Shown in pieces: positions 29,936-40,138 of a stretch of 64,000 bases of DNA. The notes under the pieces are model-generated. The model made no database searches, was not told the DNA's origin, and was given only the letters and a program-made list of their open reading frames with translations. Position 1 is the first letter of the stretch. Each line of letters begins with the position of its first letter. Position numbers and translations under genes: made by a program. Source of the stretch: an uncultured Chloroflexia bacterium. GTDB taxonomy: Bacteria > Chloroflexota > Dehalococcoidia > DSTF01 > JALHUB01. The stretch is from NCBI GenBank assembly GCA_963703345.1, contig OY969814.1, forward strand, positions 544,001-608,000, given 5' to 3'.

Positions 29936-31619
29936 CTACGCTTCCGTCAGAGCCTCTATCTGCGCCAGGATCTCTTGGTCTTCGAAATGATTCATTGTAA
30001 TCGCCCCGGATGGGCAGGCAGCCCCGCAGGTGCCGCATCCTTTGCACACCGCTTCGATGGTGCGGGCAAACGCTTTGCCATTCTCGCTGACCATCTGCAT
30101 GGCGCTATAAGGACAAAGAACGGCGCAGATGCCGCAGCCTCCACAGAGGTCCTCATTGACGGAAGAAGTAATGGCTTCAGGACTCACATGCCCTCTTTTC
30201 ATGGGTACCACTGCTTTGCCGGCGGCGGCGTAAGCCTGGAACACGGCTTCGGACACTTCGACTGGCCATCTGGCCGAGCCACATATGTAGATGCCATCCG
30301 TGGCAAATTCCACGGGCTGCAGTTTCAGGTGGGCCTCCAGGAAGAAGCCCTCCGAACTGAGGGGAACCTTGAGCATCCTGGAGATCCCCGCGTTGTCGCT
30401 CCGCGGAACAAGGGGTGTGGTCAGCACAACCATATCCGACGGAAGCTCCACCAATTTGCCTATCAACTGGTGGTAGACCCTGACACCCTTGACCCCGCCG
30501 TTCGCAACAACCTCGGGCGGGCTCCCCAGGCTGTACCTCACGAACCTGACACCCAGTTCCATCGCCTTTCGATAGTAGTCCTCGAACTCCACCCCATAGG
30601 CCATGATATCGCGATGGAGGATCCAGACGTTCGCCTCGGGGATCATTCTCCTTGATCAGCACAGCATTCTTGATCGCCGTCAGACAGCAGAACCTGCCGC
30701 AGTAGGGCCTTTCGGGGACGCGAGCGCCGACGCAGTTGATCATGACGACGTTCTTAGCCTCTACTGTATGCTGTTTCAGTCGTTCTTCCAGCTCGAGCTG
30801 AGTGAGCACGCCGTCCGTCTCACCGTAGCCGTACTGACCTGCCGGTTTGAGCTCCTCGGCGCCCACAGCGACTATGATGGTGCCGACTCTGAGCTTGCTT
30901 CCCTCCTCGCCTTGCTCCAAAATGACGTCGAAATTGCCTATGAAGCCCTTTACTTCCTTGACCTCTGTGGAGAGATGAGCCGTTATACGCTCATGGTTCC
31001 TCACCTGGTCAATGAGGGGCCCGATCAGTTCTCTGGCCTCTTTGTTGGTTGCGAAGAGTCGGTTTACATCAAGTAGCAGGCCACCGAGCTGTGCCTGCTT
31101 TTCCACCAGGTGGACCTCAAAACCCTGATTGGCCAGGTTCAGGGCTGCGGTCATTCCGGCCACGCCGGACCCGATTACTAGAGAAGCCGGAGTGACTTCA
31201 ATCTCGATCTCTTCCAGCGGCTTCAGTAGCCTGGCCTTCGCCACCCCCATTCTAACGAGGTCTTTGGCCTTTTCGGTGGCTTCCGTGGGGAGGGTCATGT
31301 GCACCCACGAGCATTGGTCCCTTATGTTGACGAACTCGAAGAGATACTTGTTCAGGCCCGCTTCCTGACAGGCAGACCTGAACAGTGCCTCGTGGGTTCT
31401 GGGGGTACAAGATGCCACTATGACACGGTTCAGGTCGTTTTCTTGAATCTTCTTCTTTATGGACGAGATGCCTTCTTCTGAACAGGTGTAGAGGTTGTGC
31501 TCGGCATGCGCTACATTGGGCAGACTCTTCGCGTACTCCACCACTTGGGGCACGTCGACATAGCCGCCGATGTTCCTGCCACAGTGACACACAAAGACGC
31601 CAATCCGGGTATCAGGCAT
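29936..31619 (-). CDS. hdrA: Heterodisulfide reductase subunit A-like protein (split by a +1 frameshift at about 30640)
   Basis: VFVCHCG, SCTPRTHE, NIRDQCSWVH, GSGVAG; C-terminal FLEAHLKLQPV and 2x[4Fe-4S] motifs lie in the second frame. Confidence 0.85.
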
Positions 31620-34326
31620 GCTCAGCACCCCCTGCTAGAACTTCAGCCGCTCGAGCCGCTGACCCGGATGCTTGAACCACCGAGTCCGGGATATCCCGAG
31701 GGCTGTGAGCATAGCCGCAGGCGAAGATCCCGGCCCTGCTGCTGTCCAGCGGGTGGGACAGGCGGTCCGGGATTTCCACGAAGCCGTGTTCATCTAAGGT
31801 TATGCCCAGCCTGGCCGCTAACTCCCGGACGCCCACAGACGGTACCAAGGCTTGGGCGAGGATGACCAGCTCGGTCTCGAAGGTCTTCGTTTCACGCGTG
31901 GTGGTATCCTCGTACAAGATGATCGGGTTGCCGTTCTCGGCAACGTCAATCCTTGCGGGCCGGCCTCTGACATATGTGACGTTATACTCATCTCTGGCAC
32001 GGGCGATGTACTCCTGGAATCGCTTGCCCACTGCCCTGAGGTCCATATAGAAGATGGTGGACTTCGTCCCAGGGTGGTGTTCGTACGCCAGTATGGCCTC
32101 CTTTGTGGCATGCATGCAGCACACGCTTGAGCAGTAGGCCTTGTGCCTGAAGTCTCGGGAGCCGACGCACTGGATGAATGCTATGTTCTTGGCCAGTTTG
32201 CCGTCAGAGGGGCGCATGAGCTCGCCGGCCGTAGGGCCAGAGGCCGAGGTAAGCCTCTCGTATTCCATGGCGGTGATTACGTTCTCTATCCTTCCATAGC
32301 CGTACTCGCCGAGCTTAGAAACGTCGTAGAGGTCTAAGCCAGTCGCGAGGATAACTGCGCCAACGTTGACGTCCAGGTACCGCTCTTCCTGGTCATAGCG
32401 TATGGCCTTGGCCTGGCAGGTCTTCTCACACAGCCTGCAGTCGGAGCAGACGGCGCAGTTTAGACAACGGTTCGCTTCCTCGATGGCCGCCTCCGTGGTG
32501 AGAGCGAGCTCTATCTCTTGAAAGTCCCTCACCCTCTCTTCAGGGGCTCTGAGGCGCAGCTCGACCCTCTCCCGCCGCTCGATCTCCCTCTCAGGGAGAG
32601 GCACGGGAGCCTCAGCCTCCTTCTCCCTCCCCTCCCGCAGGTCGAGACCGTTTATGAACCTGTCTATAGATATGGCCGCCTCGTTGCCTTGGGCGACAGC
32701 CTCTATGATCGATGCCGGGCCCCTGACGATGTCACCACCGGCGAAGACCCCGGGAAGGTTCGTCTCCAGCGTGACTTCATCCGCCCCGATTGTCCCCCGG
32801 GCAGTCTTCTCCAGACCCTCGAAGGCTGACAGGTCTGACCTTTGGCCAATGGCGATGATCAGCGTGTCCCCGGCTAGGGATGGCCCGGAACTCTCTGAGA
32901 ACTTGGGGGCGAACCTGCCACCCTCGTCGTAAACCGAGGTGCAGAGAACTGTTTCCAGCCCTGTCATCCGCCCATTCTCGCTCTGCACCATCTTCGGGCC
33001 CAGTGAACCATGGATGATGACGCCCTCTTCCTCCGCCTCCTCGATCTCCCAGCTATGGGCGGGCATCCTGTCCCTCGAGGTGAGGTCCCTCGTCTCAAGG
33101 CAGACAAGGTGGACCTCCTTCGCCCCCAGCCTCAGGGCGATCCTGGCACAGTCTATGCCGACGTTCCCGCCGCCGATAACTATCGCCCTCTGCCCGAAGC
33201 CTTCCACCTTCCCGCTCGCCTTCGCTTCCTGCAAGAAGGGGAGGCCGTAGAGCACGCCTTTGGCCTCCGCGCCCTCCACCGGGAGCCGCGCTGCGTCCTG
33301 GCAACCTACGGCTACGAAGACCGCCTTGTAGTCTCTCTTGAGTTGATCGAAGGTGATGTCCTTGCCAACTCTCGTGTTTGTCTTCACTTCCACGCCGCTC
33401 GCCAGCACACGGTCCACGTCGTAGCTGGCGATCTCTGTGGGGATGCGATAGTCGGGGATGCAGCCCGTGACCATGCCACCGGCCTTCCCCGACGCCTCGA
33501 AGACGGTGACCGGGTAGCCCATCTCCAACAGTCTCAGAGCGCAGGTGAGGCCTGAGGGCCCTGCTCCAACAACTGCCACCTTCTCCTCGCGCGTGGGCTT
33601 TAGGACCTGTGGAGGCGCCTCGCCGTTTTCCCTCGCCCAGTCTGAGATGAACCTCTTCAGCGCTCGGATGGAAACGGGCTCATCCACGTCCCGGCGGTTG
33701 CACTGATCTTCGCAAGGGTGGTGGCAGGCCCTGCCGCATATTGCTGGGAAGGGGAGCGTTTCGCGTACGACATCCAGGGCCTCTTGGAACTTTCCCTTGG
33801 AGGTCAGGGCAACATAGCCCTGAACCCTCGTGCCGGCCGGGCAGCCATCTCTGCAGGGGGAGATGCCTCTTCTATCGATGACGTAGAGGTTGGGAATCGC
33901 TTGGGCGAAGGGCTTGTAGATGGCCTTTCTCTTGCCCATGCCCTGGTTGAACTCGCTGAGGATCTCAACCGGACATTGCTCTGCACACTCTCCGCAGCCG
34001 GTGCATTTGGTCTCATCGATGTAGCGGGGCTTCATCAGTATCCTGGCCTGGAACCTCCCCAGCTCTCCCTCCACCGCCGCGACCTCGGAGTAGCTCAGCA
34101 CCTTGACGTTCTCGTGGCGGTAGCACTCGATCATCTTGGGGGCGAGGATGCACATGGCGCAGTCGTTGGTGGGGAAGGTCTTGTCCAACTGAGCCATTCT
34201 CCCGCCGATTGAGGGAGACTGCTCCACCAGATAGACTTGAAAGCCCATGTTGGCCAGGTCGATGGACGCCTGGATGCCGGCAATGCCTCCGCCGACTACC
34301 AGCACTGAGTTATTGTTGTCGCTCAT
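31612..34326 (-). CDS. HdrA-like protein with inserted GltD-like NAD(P)H oxidoreductase domain (HdrL type)
   Basis: LDKTFPTNDCAMC; PCRDGCP, ICGRACHHPCE, GAGPSG, GGGNVG; QCVGSR, CSSVCC. Confidence 0.88.
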   Translation of the reverse strand: MSDNNNSVLVVGGGIAGIQASIDLANMGFQVYLVEQSPSIGGRMAQLDKTFPTNDCAMCILAPKMIECYRHENVKVLSYSEVAAVEGELGRFQARILMKPRYIDETKCTGCGECAEQCPVEILSEFNQGMGKRKAIYKPFAQAIPNLYVIDRRGISPCRDGCPAGTRVQGYVALTSKGKFQEALDVVRETLPFPAICGRACHHPCEDQCNRRDVDEPVSIRALKRFISDWARENGEAPPQVLKPTREEKVAVVGAGPSGLTCALRLLEMGYPVTVFEASGKAGGMVTGCIPDYRIPTEIASYDVDRVLASGVEVKTNTRVGKDITFDQLKRDYKAVFVAVGCQDAARLPVEGAEAKGVLYGLPFLQEAKASGKVEGFGQRAIVIGGGNVGIDCARIALRLGAKEVHLVCLETRDLTSRDRMPAHSWEIEEAEEEGVIIHGSLGPKMVQSENGRMTGLETVLCTSVYDEGGRFAPKFSESSGPSLAGDTLIIAIGQRSDLSAFEGLEKTARGTIGADEVTLETNLPGVFAGGDIVRGPASIIEAVAQGNEAAISIDRFINGLDLREGREKEAEAPVPLPEREIERRERVELRLRAPEERVRDFQEIELALTTEAAIEEANRCLNCAVCSDCRLCEKTCQAKAIRYDQEERYLDVNVGAVILATGLDLYDVSKLGEYGYGRIENVITAMEYERLTSASGPTAGELMRPSDGKLAKNIAFIQCVGSRDFRHKAYCSSVCCMHATKEAILAYEHHPGTKSTIFYMDLRAVGKRFQEYIARARDEYNVTYVRGRPARIDVAENGNPIILYEDTTTRETKTFETELVILAQALVPSVGVRELAARLGITLDEHGFVEIPDRLSHPLDSSRAGIFACGYAHSPRDIPDSVVQASGSAARAAEVLAGGAEHA

Positions 34327-35513
34327 CTTCTACCCCTAAGGCACTAGCAACGAATTCTGCCAGATCCATGACGGGAATCTCCACGTCGGGGCCCTTTGCT
34401 TTCCCCTTGCTCACCATCGCACACTTGAAGTGAATTTGGCATTTCGGGCAAGAAGTTATGAGGACCTCGGCGCCGGTGGATTTCGCCTCAAGCAATCGCT
34501 CAACGCGTATCTGTTTGGAGTATAAGTCGCAGTTCGTGAAGGCGCTGGTGCCGCAGCAGAGTGACTCCTCCCTGTTCCGGCCCATCTCGAGCAGTTCTAT
34601 CCCGGGGATAGCCTTCAGCACGTCCCTCGGCGCCTCATAGACCCCCAGATGCCTGCCCAGCCGACAGGGGTCGTGGTATGTGACCTTCCTCTTGACCTCT
34701 TTGAGACCGAGTCCGTCCTTGTCTATCCTGTCGGCCAGAAGTTCGCTGATGTGCTGAAGCTCGCAATCTAGTTCCACGTACTTCGGGTAGTCTTCTTTGA
34801 AGGTCCGGTAGCACTCAGCGCAGGAGAAGACAATCTTCTTCACCCCCGCCTTCTTGATCATCGCGGCGTTCTGCTCCGCCAGCGCCTTGAAGCCGTCCAC
34901 GTCTCCCGTCCAGAGCAGGTCGTGGCCACAGCACTTCTCATCCTCGCGCACGACGGGCTCTATTCCCAGCGAATTGAGAAGCCTGAGGCTCCCTCTTGCG
35001 GGCCTTGAGAGACTCGACGTCAATGTCCTCAAAGACGGGCTCAAAGTAGGGGGCACACCCGACAAAAAACAGGACGTCGCCTTCGGCAGAGACTCGAGTC
35101 CCGTCGGATAGCCACTCCAGCCGTCGCTGGGCGATGGACGAATTCGCCATCAGCCGGCTCAGAGATTGCAGTGTGCCGGAGTGGGCGCAGGCTCCATGCT
35201 GACCACGATTTGACGCCAAGGCCCTGGTCTTCTGAATGAAGAGGGGATAGTCGACATCTGAGGGGCATTTAGAACTACAAGCGTAGCAGGTCAGGCAGGA
35301 GAAGAGCTCGCGAGCGTAAACCAGGTCATCCTCGAGGCCAAGTAGAGCTTTCTCGACCATCACTCGCGGGGAGTAGGCCGGGTTATGCCTTGAAACCGGG
35401 CACGAGCCCGAGCACTTGCCACACTCCAGGCAATAGTATGCCTTGGTCTCATTGATGACTTGCTCCAGGCGAGGGTGTGCCTTCGTCTCCTTGACAACTT
35501 GCTCTAGCGTCAA
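34310..35513 (-). CDS. HdrD/GlpC-like Fe-S oxidoreductase (split by a +1 frameshift at about 35001)
   Basis: Two CxxCxxCxxxCP motifs, FFVGC; then CCG, YHDPC and SCPKC in the second frame. Confidence 0.85.
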
Positions 35514-35932
35514 GCTATGGCCTCCTTTCTGAACGGCGAGGGGCCAAGTTGTTTCAACTGATCAACATACCCTTTGATCGTTTCGGCAAACCCGCCTCCC
35601 TCGGCCGCGGAGATCCACTCCAGCTTCAGGCGCTCGTCCTCCAACCCCAGCGTGTGCAGCAACCTCCTGAGCTTCGCTGTCCTCTCTTCTGCCCTCTTGT
35701 TCCCTGAGATGTAGTGGCAATCTCCGATGTGGCAGCCGGCAAGCAGGACGCCATCAAATCCCCCCTCAAAGGCTTTGAGGACGTAGATGGGGTCGATCAT
35801 TCCACTGCACATCACCCTTATGATCCGCACGTTTGACGGATAGTTGATGCGACTTGTCCCGGCTAGATCAGCCGCTGCATATGAACACCAGTTGCAGGTA
35901 AAGGCGACGATCTGTGGTTCGAATCCGTTCAC
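35510..35932 (-). CDS. mvhD: Hydrogenase iron-sulfur subunit delta (second copy)
   Basis: CNWCSYAAAD, GCHIGDCHY, WISAAEG. Confidence 0.93.
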   Translation of the reverse strand: MNGFEPQIVAFTCNWCSYAAADLAGTSRINYPSNVRIIRVMCSGMIDPIYVLKAFEGGFDGVLLAGCHIGDCHYISGNKRAEERTAKLRRLLHTLGLEDERLKLEWISAAEGGGFAETIKGYVDQLKQLGPSPFRKEAIA

Positions 35933-37917
35933 ACTGGTACTCCCGATAACGCCTCAAGCTCGGCTAGTATTTGTTGACGAGTGAAGTGCCTGATGGAGAT
36001 GGCTCCCGTGGGACAGGTGACGGCACAAACTCCACAGCCTTTGCACAGGGCCTCGTTAATTGAGGACACTGGTATCATCCTCCCGTTGCTGATCAGGGTG
36101 GGGGCATGAAACACGCAGATCTCTTCGCACCGCCCACACCCCTGACATAACGTCTCATCTACGGTGGCCGTGGCCGCCTGCAGCTCCACGCTCCCTTTAT
36201 CGATGAGGGCCAGGGTCTCAGCCGCTCCAGCCAGGGCCTGCGCAACAGTGTCCGGGATGTCCTTTGGGCCCTGGGCACATCCGATTACGAAGACGCCGTC
36301 GTTGGCGGTCGCGACCGGCTCCAGCTTGGCGTGTCTCTCCTGGAGGAAACCGTCGGCGCTCTGAGTGAGGTTGAAGAGCCGCGCCACATCTCGAGCGTCG
36401 GACCGTGCCTCCATGGCCGGGCAAAGAACCACCATGTCCACGGGAACTCGCAGTTGGCGCCCGATCAGCGTGTTCTCGCACACCACGACGAGCTTCCCCT
36501 GTTCCTCCTCGCTGAGGGCGAGATCCGTGACCTGAGCCGGCTTGCCCCGGATGAAAGTCACGCCCTCGCTGCCCTCTCTCTGGAAGAACTCCTCGAATCC
36601 CTTGCCGTAGCAGCGCATGTCTATATAGAACTGGTAAACGTTGGCGTCCTCGATCTTCTCCTTGATCAGATGAGCGAACTTTAGGGCATACATGCAGCAG
36701 ACGCGGGAGCAGTACGAGTGGTATTTCCGGTCGCGGCTACCGACGCAGTGGATGATGCCCACGCTCTTCGGCTCCTGGCCGTTGATGACGATGTGGCCGC
36801 CGGTGGGGCCGGTGGCGTTGCAGAGACGCTCGAATTGGAGGCTGGTGATCACGTTGGGGAACTTGCCGTAGCCGAGTCGGGCGATCTCTGAGGGGTCCAT
36901 CAGGTCGTAGCCGGTGGCCACGACAACGGCGCCTACCTCGACGTCTACAATCTTCTCCGTCTGGCTGAAGTCTATGGCTCCCCGTTCGCAGAACTTCAGG
37001 CAGGCGCCGCACTTGCCGTCTTTGAGAATGTAGACGCAATGCTCCGGGTCAATCACCGGGACGTTAGGGACTGCTTGCGGGAACGGCGTGTAGATGGCCT
37101 TCCGCTGTCCCAGGCCGCAATCGAACTCGCTCTCCGTCTTCCAGGGGCACTTCTCCTGGCAGATACCGCAGCCCGTGCACAGGCTCTCGTCCACGTAGCG
37201 GGGCTTTCTGCGGATGGTAGCCCTGAAGTTGCCCACGTAGCCCTGGACATCCACCACCTCGCTGTAGGTCATTAGCTCGATGTTGGGATGGGACTTCACC
37301 GCCGCCATCCTGGGCGTCAAGATGCAGGCCGAGCAGTCCAGGGTAGGAAAGGTCTTGTCTATCTGGGTCATGTGCCCACCGATGGACGGCTCTCGCTCGA
37401 CCAGATATACTTTGCGGCCCGCATCGGCTACCTTCAGGGCGGCCTGAATCCCGGCGATACCCCCACCGACCACGAGGACGGCAGGCTCGACCGGCACCTC
37501 TCGACTCTCCAGAGGTTCCAGGTAGTAAGCGCGCGAGATGGCGGCACTGATCAGGGCCTTGGCCTTGTCGGTTGCGCCGTCCTTGTGCACCCACGAGCAC
37601 TGCTCACGGATGTTACAGATGTGAAGCTGATACGGGTTCAGCCCGCCGTCTTCAACGACGCGGCGGAAGGTTGGCTCATGCATGCGCGGCGAGCAGGCCG
37701 CCACGACGACACGGTTGAGGCCGAGTTCCTCGATGTCTTGTTTGATGAGGGCCTGACCCGGCTCGGAGCACATGAACTTATAGTTGCGGGCTACCGCGAC
37801 TGAGCCTCGCTCCTGCGCGAAAGCCGTCACTTGCTCAACATCGACTGTGCCAGCGATGTTGCTGCCGCAATGGCAAACGTAAACGCCTATCTTGACGTCG
37901 TTCTTGTCTTCTGCCAT
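35929..37917 (-). CDS. hdrA: Heterodisulfide reductase subunit A
   Basis: VYVCHCG, ACSPRMHE, GGGIAG, DKTFPTLDCSAC, HCVGSR, C-terminal ferredoxin motifs. Confidence 0.95.
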   Translation of the reverse strand: MAEDKNDVKIGVYVCHCGSNIAGTVDVEQVTAFAQERGSVAVARNYKFMCSEPGQALIKQDIEELGLNRVVVAACSPRMHEPTFRRVVEDGGLNPYQLHICNIREQCSWVHKDGATDKAKALISAAISRAYYLEPLESREVPVEPAVLVVGGGIAGIQAALKVADAGRKVYLVEREPSIGGHMTQIDKTFPTLDCSACILTPRMAAVKSHPNIELMTYSEVVDVQGYVGNFRATIRRKPRYVDESLCTGCGICQEKCPWKTESEFDCGLGQRKAIYTPFPQAVPNVPVIDPEHCVYILKDGKCGACLKFCERGAIDFSQTEKIVDVEVGAVVVATGYDLMDPSEIARLGYGKFPNVITSLQFERLCNATGPTGGHIVINGQEPKSVGIIHCVGSRDRKYHSYCSRVCCMYALKFAHLIKEKIEDANVYQFYIDMRCYGKGFEEFFQREGSEGVTFIRGKPAQVTDLALSEEEQGKLVVVCENTLIGRQLRVPVDMVVLCPAMEARSDARDVARLFNLTQSADGFLQERHAKLEPVATANDGVFVIGCAQGPKDIPDTVAQALAGAAETLALIDKGSVELQAATATVDETLCQGCGRCEEICVFHAPTLISNGRMIPVSSINEALCKGCGVCAVTCPTGAISIRHFTRQQILAELEALSGVPV

Positions 37918-37927
37918 CGGCACCCTC

Positions 37928-38839
37928 CTAACCCGGTCCGGAGGCACTGCCGGCGCCGCTCGAAACGGTGGCGCCGACCGCTATCTTTCTGTAAAGGCGG
38001 TCAACAGGCACAGTGTTTCGCTGAAGCCCCAACGCCTTTTCCGGCAGGCCAAAGGCCAGGCCCATTATCTGGGTGAGGAAGAGGATCGGGATCTCGAAGT
38101 GGGTACCCCTGGCCCGCCCTGCCTCCTTCTGGAAGCTGTTGAGGTTGAACATGCAGAGAGGGCAGGCGGTGACGATGCAGTCGGCATCGCCTGCTGCAGT
38201 GAGCAGGTCCCCGATGAGCTTGGCGCCTATACTGCGCTTGGACATGGAAAGGGTGCCACCGCAGCATGCCGTCTTGAGCGGGTAGTCCACAATCTGAGCC
38301 CCAAGGGTCCCCAACAGTTCGTCGAAGCAGCGCGGGTCCTCGACCGAGTCAAACTGGGCATACGTCCACATGCCCTGGCAGCAGCCGTAGTAGGGAGCCA
38401 CCCGCAGCCCGCCGAGAGGCCTTTTGACCTTCTCTGCCACCGCGTCCAAGCCGACATCGTTGATGATGACGTCCAGGACGTGGCGCAGTCGGGCCTTCCC
38501 TGAGTACTGGACCCCTGTCTCGGCCAGCAGGACGTTCACTTTCTCGCGCACGCTGGCGTTGTTCTCGGTGTAGTGAACTGCCCGGATGAGGTTCATGTAG
38601 CACCGGCTACACCCCGTCACAAGGTCACTCTCCGCCCGCTCTGCGAGTGCCAGGTTACGAGCGGGGAGAGCGAGAGAGAGCAGATAGCTGACTCCATTGG
38701 CCATAGCCGCCCCGCAGCAGTTCCAGTCCTCCAACTGGGTTAGCTCCACTCCCAAGTGCCGCATCGTAGCCTGGAGGGATTCCTCGCACTCCTTCGAGGT
38801 ACCGCTTGCGGAACAGCCGGGATAGTAGGCGTACTTCAT
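37928..38839 (-). CDS. hdrB: Heterodisulfide reductase subunit B
   Basis: YYPGC, DWNCCGA, YYGC, CCGG, TACPLC. Confidence 0.93.
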   Translation of the reverse strand: MKYAYYPGCSASGTSKECEESLQATMRHLGVELTQLEDWNCCGAAMANGVSYLLSLALPARNLALAERAESDLVTGCSRCYMNLIRAVHYTENNASVREKVNVLLAETGVQYSGKARLRHVLDVIINDVGLDAVAEKVKRPLGGLRVAPYYGCCQGMWTYAQFDSVEDPRCFDELLGTLGAQIVDYPLKTACCGGTLSMSKRSIGAKLIGDLLTAAGDADCIVTACPLCMFNLNSFQKEAGRARGTHFEIPILFLTQIMGLAFGLPEKALGLQRNTVPVDRLYRKIAVGATVSSGAGSASGPG

Positions 38840-39414
38840 GGCCTGCCCTCGATCTCTGCAGCTTTGCGGAACATCGCTGCTATGGCTTTCTGACTTCGCA
38901 TTTTTGGTGGTCTCAGCGCGATCTTGCCTTTGCGCAGAAGCGTTAGGCCCACGCCCACCTGTTCACGCAAACGCAATGGGTTAGGGGCATAGTAGCGGAC
39001 CAGGAATTCCGCCTCGTGGAAGCGGCCCTGACGCTCAACCGTGTCCATGAAGGCTTGGTACCAGCGTCTGATATGGGGGTCCGCGTGCTTTTCGGCCAGG
39101 CTGAGCCGCTGGATGACGCCCATCATGTCGGTCACCGCCACACCCCTCGGGCAGCGAAACGTGCAGGAGTAGCAGGCGGTGCAGAGCAGCCCCGCGCCAC
39201 TCGCCACCGCTTCCTTCACAAGCCCTAACTGGAGCAGGTTCATGACCTGCCGGGGCGTGTACTTCATCGCATAGGCGGTGCGGCAGCTACCGGTGCAGAG
39301 GCCACACTGGTAACAGAGCGAGAAATCATTTCCCACCAGGTCTGTCGAGGAAGGGGTGTGTCCCGGTACCTGCGGTGTCCATGCCCCCTCGAGTGTCTTC
39401 GGCTGCGCCCCCAT
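38836..39414 (-). CDS. hdrC: Heterodisulfide reductase subunit C
   Basis: CYQCGLCTGSC and CTACYSCTFRCPRG; adjacent to hdrB. Confidence 0.9.
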   Translation of the reverse strand: MGAQPKTLEGAWTPQVPGHTPSSTDLVGNDFSLCYQCGLCTGSCRTAYAMKYTPRQVMNLLQLGLVKEAVASGAGLLCTACYSCTFRCPRGVAVTDMMGVIQRLSLAEKHADPHIRRWYQAFMDTVERQGRFHEAEFLVRYYAPNPLRLREQVGVGLTLLRKGKIALRPPKMRSQKAIAAMFRKAAEIEGRP

Positions 39415-39559
39415 CTTACGTCCCCCTAAAGTGAATAGCCGCGACGGGCTCCAATCCTACGACTTCTTCCATCTTCCTGCCGGTCGCCGGGGACCCCTGG
39501 AGGACGCCCCTCAGAGACCGCAGCGGTGGTATCTGGACATCAACGTTGATGTCTATCCC

Positions 39560-40021
39560 CTATCTCAGATGCCCGCTATCGAATTGGGTGGACAAGAACG
39601 GCGACCTGTACTTCTGTCTCTGCCGCTCGCAGAGTTCTTCTAACGTGGTCGACCCGAGGAATCCCGTCATTATTCCTCCCAGCTCTACCCAGAGGTCGCG
39701 TGCGCCGCAGGTGGCGCAGCGGGGGCAGACCTGCGGACGGTCGACGCACTCAACAGGCGTGAGCGGGCCCTCCAAGACATTCAAGATGTCGAGGATGGTG
39801 ATTTCGGATGCCGCCTTAATAAGTCCGACTCCGCCGCCGGTGCCGCGAACTGCCCTTAACAGGCCCTGCGCCTCCAGTCGCGCAGTCAGGTGTTCAAGGT
39901 ACTTCTTGGATATTTCCTGCCGTTCGGCGATGTCGTTGAGGTGAACGAGGCCCTCGTCGGCGTGCAGAGCAACGTCCAGCATCGCCCTTGTTCCGTACCT
40001 GCCCTTGGTAGAGACTCTCAT
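39560..40021 (-). CDS. Rrf2-family regulator
   Basis: STKGRYG, IAERQEISKKYLE, VRGTGGG, Cys cluster. Confidence 0.95.
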   Translation of the reverse strand: MRVSTKGRYGTRAMLDVALHADEGLVHLNDIAERQEISKKYLEHLTARLEAQGLLRAVRGTGGGVGLIKAASEITILDILNVLEGPLTPVECVDRPQVCPRCATCGARDLWVELGGIMTGFLGSTTLEELCERQRQKYRSPFLSTQFDSGHLR

Positions 40022-40138
40022 GTTTTCGGCCCTTCTGTGGCCACTTACTCTATCGACTTAGTCATTATCATATTCACCCAAGTTCTCGTCGCGCCTCCTC
40101 TAACACGAAGAGAGCTTATGGGGTTGGGTAGTAGGGGA

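Noticed and set aside
26921-37947. Selenocysteine recoding in Mvh/Hdr genes
   Set aside because: The relevant motifs have Cys (DPCFGC, CNWC), and the breaks are frameshifts, not in-frame TGA.
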